From Ophelia neglecta (taxonomy: Eukaryota), in contig OZ260664.1 in assembly GCA_965285935.1 (NCBI GenBank), positions 61,504,001-61,568,000 of the forward strand: a stretch of 64,000 nucleotides of DNA. Reading direction: 5' to 3'. Positions within the stretch are counted from its first letter, which is position 1; every line of letters begins with the position of its first letter. The notes beneath the pieces were generated by a model. It was not told the DNA's origin. It worked only from the letters and a program-made list of their open reading frames with translations, and ran no database searches. Of the stretch, positions 53,283-64,000 are shown piece by piece. The position numbers and the translations under genes were made by a program.

Positions 53283-53459
53283 GTATCACCACACAATTTT
53301 ACCTTCTACAAATGTTATAATATCGTAAAGAAATTATTGAGTATGTGATCCTACTATTGTTTGTGTATTTGTTTTATGTATCTCCACACAATTTTACCGT
53401 CTACAAATGTAATAATATCATATTGAAATGTATTGAGTATGTGGCCTAAGTATTATTTG
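53283..53459. repeat. ~95-bp tandem duplication (2 diverged copies)
   Basis: tgtatc.ccacacaattttacc.tctacaaatgt.ataatatc...tattgagtatgtg occurs twice. Confidence 0.85.
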
Positions 53460-53559
53460 AGTAAAAAATAGCATATATGCAGAGAAATTATATACGATTA
53501 TATAAACAAATAATTGTACTGTGTATGCGCTCTCGTGTGAATTTCATTAGGCATGATAT

Positions 53560-53780
53560 GGTGAACCATCCAATTTTATGGTTGTCACCTGCAAATGCCA
53601 ACAAACTGGGAAAAATCAAGCATGAAGTGTCGTGTATAGTTAAAGAACCTTTTAATTGACTCAGAAGTCGACAGGGAACCGGTGCAGCTCACACAGGAGG
53701 GGTGCTATACAGTTTACTGGAGAGAGTAGCAAGGCGTTTCCGTAGTTTAATTAAAACATTGGTATGGATAAACGTATATC
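53560..53780 (-). mobile_element. L2/CR1-type LINE ORF2 C-terminal fragment
   Basis: CIAPLLCELHRFPVDF*VN*KVL*LYTTLH (~HITPVLxxLHWLPVxxRIxFKxLxLxYKALH). Confidence 0.6.
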
Positions 53781-54129
53781 AAAGCAACAACTAAAAAGAA
53801 CTTAACGGATTTACATTTCTTAGATTTTGTGGGTTATGGCAAACATTTCCTTTGGTTGAAAGTACGTTAAACACTCGTGCGACAACTACTGTCTTGCAGA
53901 CGTGACTGGATGCCTGTCGGACGTAAAAGATATTTGTCGATCAAGAAAAACTCCAATCAATCGTTCTAAATTCCTAAGGAACCATCTAATAATCAGGTGT
54001 GTATACCCGGAGATTAAACAAAATCATTAATTAAGAATGGTTCATTTAATCGGTAATAAATGCAGCAAGCGTCAGCTGTAGGACTAAAAAGTTCCATCCG
54101 CAATTGCCTTACCGAAAAAAAAACTAGTA

Positions 54130-54262
54130 CAGTGAAACCTGTGATTGTGGTCACCTGTGTAATAAGGTCACCTGCCCTTATGATCACTTAACAATAGCCC
54201 AATACCATATTGTGGTCAGTTTTTTCAGTCCTTTTACTAACCTGAACAGACAGGTTTTACTG
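54130..54262. mobile_element. Tc1/mariner (pogo-like) MITE
   Basis: TA-CAGTGAAACCTGT ... ACAGGTTTTACTG-TA: TIRs with TA target duplication. Confidence 0.85.
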
Positions 54263-54269
54263 TAATAAT

Positions 54270-54750
54270 AAAGTTATATGTGATACTTGAAGTGAGAAAT
54301 AGGCACCAGTTTAGTACTATTACATAATAGACATGACTTCCTTCAAATTAGATAAATATGTAAATTCCTGTTCCTTGGTGAACATTTGCATATCTCCTGG
54401 TGGTAATTATGTTCCTCCGTATGTGCTGTATTAGACTTATACTTGCTATACATTATCGATGTGTTTCCTCTTCAAAGATGAGCAGCTCTCCCTCATCGTA
54501 ACCTTGTCTATTCACCCTTTTCGCAGTTGTGATCTTGGCTAGCCAACAAGAAGGCAATTCTTTTTTCCAAACAATGCCCCCAATCCTTTGATTTATGGGT
54601 TGTCGACATGGAATTGCTGGCTTTGTTGTGGGTCGATGGCTGACCCTATTACAGCACCGTCGACGCCATTATATTCTTCGCGTAAATAATTTGAGATTAG
54701 AGACTTGGCCTACGTTTCATTTCATTTAAGGAACGTGTGATTTTTTGTTG
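54270..54750 (-). pseudogene. Decayed GT32 paralogue fragment
   Basis: KDWGHC (~PDWEYW); YGGT*L...DMQ near 54390-54421. Confidence 0.5.
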
Positions 54751-55499
54751 CAAAAAGCATTTCATAAATTGACAAAAGAAATGTCTGGAGAAAAAACGAA
54801 TGGAAATAATACCTCCGCCCCGTATATAAATTGGAACGCCGCAACACTAAAGTATTTCAAATAACATTGAAGCCTCGCACAATTAATTGTGAATCACAGA
54901 AAAACTTAAATTGGTGCTTAATGAATAGAGACATTTCTAACGTGCCTTGTTGATGCTTTGTTATTAAGCAGAAGGTTCAACAAATCCATGAGATCAGGAT
55001 ATTCTTTGCCTTGTCTAACGGGTATACACTTTTTCTTTTTCCATTTTTCTTCTAGAATAAAACTCAGATGTAAGCTGGTTGCCCCCCCCCCCTAAATGAA
55101 ATGACGTTTAGAACATTGTCCAAAGACACTTAGATGCCTTTGCCTCCTATATAAAATAATGTGCTAACTATTGCTCGTATTTTAAAGTCGTCGCCTTGAG
55201 CATTGATAAACATTATTACCCACCCTATTTTAAGAGTATTGGCATCCTGCCGACGAAACCCGGCTAGGTTTTGCTTGCTTTTGTATTGCCACATTACGTC
55301 TCGTAGTTAATGCTCAATAACGATATTGAATTAATGTCGGTAATGCGTACACAGGGCGGGCAGGAAAGAGAAGGAAAACGCAGTTATTTACCTTTACATT
55401 TTCACTGCAATATTTTCTTCTTTATAAAACCTCAGAAGGCATATTATGAAAACTTGTTATTGTTTAGAAATCATTCTTCTCCAGAAGGCCAAGAAATCG

Positions 55500-56640
55500 A
55501 AACTATTTTAGCCCATTGATAGGAAAAACCGCTGTGAGTACCCGACTGATGAAGGAAATCGTTGATCAAGAACTGTTAATTAATTTGGTCCGAAATCATC
55601 AGGAATTTACAGCTGCAGCTGAAAACATCAAAACCAGCTCGATTAGCTTGTAATGATTTAATGGTAAAGACCAAGGAAATTGGTTTTACTTGCCACGAGA
55701 AATAGTTTTACAGTTTTCCATGATGCGAGTCAGAACAGAAAACAAAAAAGTGCGTACGTTTTGGTATTTTACCGACTATTGATGAATGATGCCCCAGGAG
55801 AGTCCATGGTGGACTAATCTCTCGTATAACTCGGAGACTAAAAGCTATTTGTCTCACAAAACAGAACCCCAGAGAAATATGTAAAAAGTCCTGTATACTG
55901 AAGAGGAAAAATGGTTTTACGTCTCCTCGATGTTGCAACAAAATTTTAACTATGTAAAGTGAAACAACGCTTTTATTGTGACTCAACACGTGCCTCTGCA
56001 AAATACCATGTTACATGTTATATCAGTGTGAAGCAAATGCCCATAGCCCCTAGCACTAGGAGGAGCGGAATAAAATCACAATTTGCGACCGAATCCTTCG
56101 GCAAGGTGTTTGTGGGCCTACAGCTGTTGATTTCCGATGATTTCTTACAATTCAATAAACTAGTCTTGATTAGTGATGGTGTTTTGTCTGTCGGGTGTCC
56201 ACTCCCGTGTGTTGGTTTTAGCATTAATAACACGATAGAGTCATAGCTATGTTAAACAATGACCTTTCCGACTATTGTACTAAAATGTTTTTTTTTAATC
56301 GACAGTGCATGAAATGAAGTCTATATGAAAGGTATATAAATGACTAAAAGGCAGCATGGGTTCTAACACAATCTATTTTATTGATATCCACTGATGTGCG
56401 AATGGAAGTTGTTTTGTGTGAATTGCTATCTGTTAGAATTAGAAGCCGAGCTGAGTCGAGCTGATAATTGGGTTGTTTTGCCAATATCTGTCTTGTAGTA
56501 ATTATCTGGCCATTTCACAGAGATCCCGTGGAATTGGGTGCAATTAATCAATACAGACAACTGATTAATGTGAATATATGCCATTATCAGAGCTACCTAC
56601 AATTGATTATCGGGTGATGTGAAATGACAATGGTGATGTA
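55500..56640 (-). pseudogene. Decayed GT32 paralogue
   Basis: Shares nucleotide blocks with the plus-strand relics at 35310-35620 and 34600-34740, in the order expected for one gene. Confidence 0.55.
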
Positions 56641-57218
56641 TATAAGGTTACACCGGGCTTGGCCTATGTTTTGAATTACAAGAATTGCAGCCATTTGTAT
56701 GTTTCATTAAAAATGGTGGTATGAAAGTATTATTAAATGAGAAAAGTGTTCTCAACCGTTATATTTTTTTCCCAATATTGTTCTTTTAAACGGATAGGGA
56801 GCTTTTACAATTTCGTCGAAGAAAAACACAGAACTCATTGAAGTTTTAAAATTCATGCAAGATAGTGCAAGTCAACTTTCATTTATAAAGACAAAATGGT
56901 ATTTACAGTTTTTATTCCTCAGGTAGTTCGTTGCATAGGCGTTGATTTCATATGACAAATATTTGACTCGATCTTCGCCAGTTGCCAGACGACCTCAACT
57001 ACCTAACGCGAGTTAAAATAAACCACCTTACTCGGGCAACATCACCGAGACACAAAGAGATAATGGTTAAACTTTGATATCGGAAATCAGAGTACAAAGT
57101 ATAAAATCTTACACGTTTTACCAACATTTCGGTTTATTTATTGGTAGAATGCTTTCCAAAATATGGACAACAAATGTATTTTTCATAGAATGAGTTATTC
57201 TACCGAAAAATCTTTATA

Positions 57219-57401
57219 CCGTGAAACCTGGAAATTAGGGACAGGCAAGGGACTGTGTTAAAGTGCCCTGTTTTCTAAGGTGCCCTAATTTCAAGGTTAT
57301 TTTACATACATGTATAAAACGATGTGTTGGGTCCTAATGTAGCTGTCCCTAATTATCAGGTGCCCCTTATTTCCAGGTGCCCTTTAGACCAGGTTTCACT
57401 G
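57219..57401. mobile_element. Tc1/mariner (pogo-like) MITE
   Basis: TA-CCGTGAAACCTGG ... CCAGGTTTCACTG-TA with internal (a)ggtgccc sub-repeats. Confidence 0.85.
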
Positions 57402-57649
57402 TATATAGACTTTAACATTGAGATAATTTGGAGCCTGTCCTTAGGGAATGGTTAAATTTGGTGAACGATTTTTCTTCTAGTCCTAGTGCTTAATTTGGTA
57501 CAAGTCAAGGCCCTCATCACTATTTAAACCAATTCGCACAGAATGGTGCATCGAAATTTAATAAGTAACTCTGTCCGGTCAATTTTGTTATCGCAGATGG
57601 TGACTTTCCGCTTCTTAGGAGGCTTTAATGACACCAGCCCCCGGCGATG

Positions 57650-58700
57650 TTATCACTCAAGGCTTTCTGCATAAAAGTAACGCTCGATGCAGTCGGTGCC
57701 GAGCTCGCGCTGGTCTCCGCTCGGCACATGCACAAAGAGTGAGATCAGGACTCGAGCAGCGCCAGACACAGCTTGTAGTAATTTCCTGCTGAACGTCTGC
57801 TTACACGTTTCAACAGCGCCTTTATAGAGAACTGCAGTGTTGGGAAATGACAAGGGCATCAAGAGAACGTAACCTTACAAGGGCAGAGTAGCTTGGCTTA
57901 AGGGGAGATGTCAAGCAAATAGAGCTGTCGTGGAAGGTATCGTCCAATCCGTGGCCATACATACCCGATCTGGCGGATAGAACCCAGTGCGGTAGCCACT
58001 CGGTGATTACTTGGGTGAATGGTGCTTTTAGTAGAGACTGGCAACAGGGAGATGTCTTGTTTAGAATACCTGATTTGAAGAGCATACAAGGAGGAGGGCA
58101 ACTGTGCCGGATTTGGTGTGCTTGTTGGTACGAAATCACAATAGGATTCGAGTGTGGTTGCGTCTAAACAAATAATATTGCTTGGGAATGCAGTAATTTT
58201 CAAAAAATATTTGTAAAGGACGTTTTTACCAACATGAATTATATGATCCTAAGCGTTTGATTCGCTTTTAAGGGGTGTTTCAATGACATACTTAGGTAAG
58301 TTCAAATAATTAAAAACACACTGGTGACAAGTATCGTGTATATTTGCTTAGTCTAGAACATTTACAATCAGGGATTTGCATGGCAGCATATGCGCAGAAT
58401 GAAGAAAACTTTTGCGAACGAGAGACTTGTACACGTGTCACCCGCAGGTGTTTCTTCGCCACTTTTATAGTGAGAGTAATTTTCAGTTTTAACGGCAGGG
58501 GAATTTGACATCTACCGCCTACAATGCTCCTTGTTTGATGCAGTTATTTCCATACCCCTTAATGAGACTAGATATTGTAGATAGGCCTATCGTTTATCAA
58601 AACTTGCACCTGACAAGGAGAGCGCTCTAGTTTTAAAGTTCATTGGACCTGTCTTGGTGGTGGTGTTTGTTAAAATATCTTCATATTATCAAGTGGTACG
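57650..58700 (+). pseudogene. Decayed GT32 paralogue immediately upstream of the intact gene
   Basis: VLGND; GDVKQIELSWK....WPY (57904-57960, ~GQVKHWVQSWRTNHPDWEY); QGDV; YK.GG..ADL; KHTG; VHVSPA.CFFATF (~VYIAPPQWFMPTF); HW..SW at 58641. Confidence 0.8.
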
Positions 58701-58862
58701 TTATAATTTCAGAATGTAACCTTGTTATTAATTTATATATTATGAAGATTGACCTTTCCCCGAAAATTGGCAGGAGTCGGAATCTATTGCATATACATCC
58801 TAAAATTCTAAAGGGCCAACATATTTCTCATTTTTTCATGTTTACTTTTTGATTGTTTTCAG

Positions 58863-59137
58863 AATCGAGTTCAATCGAAGCGGCGATCGGTGCTTATGAG
58901 ATAAGTTGTCACACATGACACTTGATGATAGTCTGTTATTGATGTTGAGCCGAGGGTGAGTGAACCAAAACAACAATAAGTGAGAACAAGAAGCACTTGT
59001 CACCGAAAGACAGCATTGCTACGTGACCTCTTGGAAGAGGTCATGGCCTTGGAATACCCAATGTAATCGCGTCGGACCAAACAGGCAGAAGGAAGGCACG
59101 TAGGCGAAAACAGACGACAATTCAATGGTTGATCCAG
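58863..59137 (+). other. Candidate non-coding 5' UTR exon of the GT32 gene
   Basis: T-rich ttttcag acceptor and ccag|gtatt donor. The next acceptor (tttgtag, 59321) lies 26 nt before the ATG. Confidence 0.45.
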
Positions 59138-59347
59138 GTATTTGTACATTTTTACGCTTTAATACAAACGTAGCAAAGTCTTCTCTCAAACGATTTGATT
59201 TCCATTAAAAAATCTTTGTCACCTCAGACCATTTACTGGCTATTTCAGCATTTGTACCATTTGTAATCATGCCAAATTCTATCAAATATGAAACAATAAT
59301 TGCACCTGTTTTTGTTTGTAGGTGAAGAAATACGTGTTCGATTGAAA

Positions 59348-59884
59348 ATGGCTGTCACAATATGCTTGAGAAGAAAGATAAACCATCGGAAATATGGCGC
59401 TTATCTGTTGCTCTCATTTTCCTTATTCAGTGTTTTATATTTGTGCATCACCCACAACACTTTAATTGAGTGTGAAATAGAGAATACTATATTGGAGCGC
59501 GAAGGCCAACAAGGCCTTGCCTCGTTGCCCATTGCAAACAGACAGCACACAGGAATGGTGTTGGGAAATGATTCCAAGGAAATATATGAGGTAATCAGGA
59601 CTCAGGGCGACGTTTTTAATGGACTTCGTGGCAAATTACGAGGGATTTTACGGCACGGTGGCCCAGGCAGCCTGGACAACCCGCAGGGAAATGATTATTA
59701 CACAAATGGCATAGGAGAAAATGAACATAACAAAGGCACCGACACGAATATTTTGTCTCGAAGTACTATCAAGAAACCCGGCCCTTATCCGGCGGATAAG
59801 ACAGCAGAATCAAAAGGAGCTGACAAGCATCGCATTCCACGAATTATTCATCAGACCTGGGAGGATTTGGCCATCCCCGGGCAG
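59348..59884 (+). CDS. GT32 glycosyltransferase coding exon 1 (basic tail, TM anchor, stem, IPRIIHQTW)
   Basis: MAVTICLRRKINHRKYG, hydrophobic AYLLLSFSLFSVLYLCI, ...HRIPRIIHQTWEDLAIPGQ|gtagg. 179 codons, phase 0. Confidence 0.9.
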
Positions 59885-60235
59885 GTAGGGTTTTTATACG
59901 GCTGCGATAATGCGAGACTATTGATTTATATTCCATACTGAATTTCTAAAAGTACCATCACTGTTTTCATTAACAATAATTGTTGCACTGTTAAGGTTGT
60001 TTCCATAGCGGCCTTGTTTTCTACGAGTAGTCATATTCATATTTGAAAATGACTAAGTCACATATATAGTTACAGGTGAACTGCATTAAGTCACAGCTGT
60101 AATAAGTTAAAGCTGTATCATCTGTAGGATAAATAATACTTTCCGAAATTCTAAATGGGGTCGCATTTAGTCTTCTTAGTGCTACTATTCAATAGTTTCA
60201 AAATAAACAAGTCCCATTTTTATTTCTGACTCCAG

Positions 60236-61027
60236 GTGAAACACTGGGTTCAGTCGTGGAGGACAAACCACCCTGACTGGGAGTATTGGTTCTGGACAGA
60301 TCGAGGAAGCAGACATATGATTCACGATAACTTCCCAACATCGGTGTTATCCACGTATGCCGATTACCCTTACAACATTAATAGAGCAGACGTGAGGAAA
60401 CTTCTAGTCTTGTATCAGTACGGCGGAGTGTTTGCTGATCTTGATGTGGAAAGTCTACTTCCTTTGGATGATCTACTTTCAAAATACCAGTGTATAATTG
60501 CTCAGGAACCGTTAGAGCACCAAGCATTACTTTACGAATACAAACATTCACGTTACGTTATGACTGCTTTCATGGCATGTCGACCAAAACATCCATTTTT
60601 AAAGTTCGTAATCGACGCCCTACCTCAATATGCCAACAGAGCCTTGACGCTTGACTGGAACGATAATGTTTTAAAAAGTACCGGACCTATGTTTCTTTCA
60701 GAGGTGCTGGACCAGTACCTCAACAACTCGTCATACACAGGAAGCACCGAGGAGTATGTGTATATAGCCCCACCACAGTGGTTTATGCCAACCTTCGACT
60801 CCATAAATATGGACACCTATGTCCAAAAATGCTCAAACATATCAGCTGTGCCTTCTAAGCAAAAGGGCGTTTGCAAAAGATTAATGGCCAATGACTTTAA
60901 AAATACACCGATAGTGGGAGCATTCACCAATCATCACTGGCTTCACTCCTGGGGGTATGGATTCGTCCCGAAAGGACATGTTTCTATAGAACAAGTTGTT
61001 AATAATTTTACAAAACTAGATAGCTAA
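60236..61027 (+). CDS. GT32 glycosyltransferase coding exon 2 (catalytic DxD domain, OCH1/SUR1-like); total ~442 aa
   Basis: tccag acceptor. SWRTNHPDWEYWFWTD, RADVRKLLVLYQYGGVFADLD, MACRPKHPF, STGPMFL, HHWLHSW; TAA stop; AATAAA at 61092. Confidence 0.93.
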   Translation: MKHWVQSWRTNHPDWEYWFWTDRGSRHMIHDNFPTSVLSTYADYPYNINRADVRKLLVLYQYGGVFADLDVESLLPLDDLLSKYQCIIAQEPLEHQALLYEYKHSRYVMTAFMACRPKHPFLKFVIDALPQYANRALTLDWNDNVLKSTGPMFLSEVLDQYLNNSSYTGSTEEYVYIAPPQWFMPTFDSINMDTYVQKCSNISAVPSKQKGVCKRLMANDFKNTPIVGAFTNHHWLHSWGYGFVPKGHVSIEQVVNNFTKLDS

Positions 61028-61949
61028 CAAAGTCATTAAATAACTTCGTTTTGTTTACATGTATGCGTTATTTGTAACTTTATGGCCATTGAATAAATGT
61101 GCTAATTGGGTTTTGTACCCAAATACATTTCTGAACGATAAGCGATATTTATGGAGGCCGTGTTGAGGACAAAACCGACCAGCACGCTTTATAATATTGT
61201 TTCTGACCTACATTCATCCGAAACCAAAGCTTTAGTCCGTTTTTATTGACTGGTGTCTATTTCTCTTTTCAACGGAAATTAAAAGATTGGCTATAACCAA
61301 ATCAAATATTAACTAGATTTTGCTGTTGGCGGAGCTTCTCAACTTTTTGTAAAGCGGCAGAAAGACCAATACACTTCTGACGAGTCAAAGCATGACCTTT
61401 AAAATAAAAGTATTGCCGCTGTGTTTTTTTACCTGTTTTTTTCTTTTAACAAACGCGTCCCTTACATAATGTACGTAGCGGTATTGTGGGATAGTATCTT
61501 ACTTGATTTAAGTAGAAATATAACCCTTTCTATTGCTCGGAATTTCCATCGTCGACAACACTTTGATTTCAACTAACTTCAAAAAACGTTTACACTCACT
61601 TCTTTCTAAAGTTTAGTTGCTGCTTTTGTGGCATTTTCTGTGTACACAGGTTTACTGGCTCTTGTCGGAAATAAAAAATACAATGTATAAATAGATAGGC
61701 AACTTCTGCGAAGTCACGCTACCTATTTTTCGACCAGCTATTGACCTTTCGATTTACTAATTACTGTTACTGATAAGTAGAGATTTGTTTGCTGTGTGCC
61801 GCATAAAAGACAACAGTTATTTGATCATTAGTTTTAGCTTTTGGTTTAAGTATTTTAACATGGATTGAGTGACCCAGTTTAAATCAACATCGTCAAACTG
61901 ATGTAAAAAGGTTTCAACTGATATTTTCCTAGTTTTGAGATGATCCCGG

Positions 61950-63400
61950 AAACTTTTTCTATTGGTCAATTAGAGTGATAAACATGCTAGTCTGATATAT
62001 TCGCTCACGTTTTGTACCTGCTCTCTCATTAGAACATTCCTGTGGAGCAAATGGCCCAAGTGCAAACATCCATCTAATGAAAAAAGCCTACATGAAATAG
62101 GTGTATTACCCTGCCCTCACAAAATACTTTCGAACCTCCTATCTCTGGCATCGCAATCGATTGGACGATGGTGACTGTTCACAGCAAACCTGTGTAAAAT
62201 CTGGGAGACATGTTTTTTCCAGTCATTGTCAGTGCCTGACAACTGATGGCACTAGAGGTTGGTAAATGCTCATTTCACTTCCCACGTTGACTAATGCAAT
62301 ACTCTGCTGTTTGATGTTTCTGCAGCGGTGCTTAACGGTTCCAGAAAGACCAAAATTTCACTACTAGCTGGGTAACAAATAACAAAATACGACCACTTAA
62401 CACTGGTTTTATACTATCTTCACTGGCTTCCAGTATAATACCACATCCACTTTAGCTTTCATTGATAATTGCTTTAGCTGACGTGACTGCTACAAAGATA
62501 CGTACCTCACCGTACTCTGCAGTTTCAGTGAAAGAAATTAATAGTTGTACCACCAAAAAAACAAGACTATCCAGAGCTGTTGGTTGATCGTTTAAAACCC
62601 ACGGTCTCAGAATCTGTGATTACTTACTGGTTTATGGAAGATCTTGTTAGTACTTTCCAAAGCGAGTATTTATTATTAACACAATCTTTCAATAGCTTTT
62701 ATAGCGAGCATAAAAATGGTCTCAGTGGAAAAAGGCAGAAAACATACTTGGCAGACGAAACAAAACCATCGATATAAAACGCGTACTATACGTTTAAATA
62801 GCATCAACCACACGGCCAAGACTTACGGTTAAGTTCATAACTTAATTAGAATGAAATAAATAGATAGTATAATTCCTAAATATTACTAACAAAGCGAGGT
62901 TGTCTACAATTTCCTTAATGTTGGCCAATCAGGAAAAAAACGAACCAGTGCTAAAAGCATGCAGGACAAAGATGAAGTATGCACTTGGACAATCTTGATT
63001 TGGTCATAACTCTCTTGCATATTTTAGGAGCCAGCAAATTCAATTATCTCCCTGTGCACACTTCTGAAGAGGTGGTAGAAATACACTCATTACAGTCTGA
63101 AGAGGTAATATGATTTATATATTTCTCTTCATAATAGAATACAAATGATGTTACCGTGGCAACGTAAAGCAGCCATACTTCAGCCAGACTGCAAACGCGC
63201 ATTTGCAATGTACGATAACATACCAAGATCTTTAGAAAAGTTCATCTGCTCTAGACTCCCATGGTAGTGTCGTATGTTTTAGGAATATGATATGGCCACA
63301 GCATGTAAAACTGTAGATTGCTCTGAATTTTAAATATCATATATTAGTTATGTTCAAGAATTTTGTTTATTCACAATTCTTCCGCAGATGTTGCCCTGGA
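61950..63400 (-). mobile_element. Possible highly decayed DNA transposase (Academ-like)
   Basis: Scattered motifs in plausible order: FTCCGHIIFLK, YGCFTLPR, VNNKYSLWKVL, CHQLSGTD, RIYQTSM. Recalled similarity only. Confidence 0.3.
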
Positions 63401-64000
63401 TATTGTACTAATGGGTACCACAGTGCTAATGGGTACCACAGTGCCGCCCTCGGTTGCTGTCTAATGCGTACCACTTATATGTTGAATAAATTAAAAATAT
63501 ATATCTGATATGTTCGCCAGGGGAGACTTTTGTCAATAGGAACTTGATTGGCATCAGAATGCATCTCAGTTTACCAATGTTGCAGAATTGTTTTTTGGCT
63601 ACAGTTCTGGTAATCCGGCAATTTATTTAGCTTCTGCACTGGACATGACCAGTTTTGTCTATGTAGCCTAGCGGCATCGTGGGCATCACTCGGACCCCAG
63701 AGGGAGATTAGTTGGCAATTCTAAGCTCCAAGTCCGATTCGAAATGGTTTATCGTTCCCTCAGTTTACTAAGAGTCGTGAGCCAATTGTGCGATAGTTGA
63801 CTTAAGTTCCATGTGCCCAACAACACCAGCTGCTTCCAGACGGGTGGTTTGTCAGAAGTGCTGTTGGCATAACGTACCCGGTAAAAGTATGTTTGTCTCC
63901 AGACGTGGCGATTTGCCGCGTGATGACTACTGTGTGATCGGAATAAGAATGATATGATTCTATTAATATCCGAAATGCAGTGACATTTTACATCCTTATT

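Noticed and set aside
17020-58700. GT32 relics as real genes broken by sequencing error, or read via recoded TGA/selenocysteine
   Set aside because: Cbl exons, the 4-kb Gypsy ORF and the intact GT32 are error-free in the same window. The relics have frameshifts, lost catalytic residues and TE insertions, not only TGA codons.
60073-60124. Tiny TA-flanked inverted repeat in the GT32 intron
   Set aside because: TIRs too short and degenerate to call a MITE.

Overview
AT-rich eukaryotic (invertebrate, probably lophotrochozoan or mollusc-like) genomic DNA. (1) 700-13635 (+): the last 9 coding exons of a Cbl E3 ubiquitin ligase gene (end of TKB, linker, RING, Pro-rich region, UBA), with a 2.6 kb 47-bp minisatellite in an intron. 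(2) 59348-61027 (+): an intact two-exon type II membrane GT32 glycosyltransferase (DxD, OCH1/SUR1-like). (3) The ~42 kb between them (17-58.7 kb) looks intergenic in the ORF track. By hand translation it is a dense array of about 20 heavily decayed GT32 paralogues in both orientations, several apparently lacking the intron of the intact gene. (4) 47210-51892: a young intact Mag-like Ty3/Gypsy LTR element (189-bp LTRs, 1 mismatch, CTTGT TSD) inserted in one relic. (5) LINE (L2/CR1), SINE, MITE and a possible Academ-like relic. Pseudogene boundaries are approximate and come from by-eye motif alignment, not a computed search.
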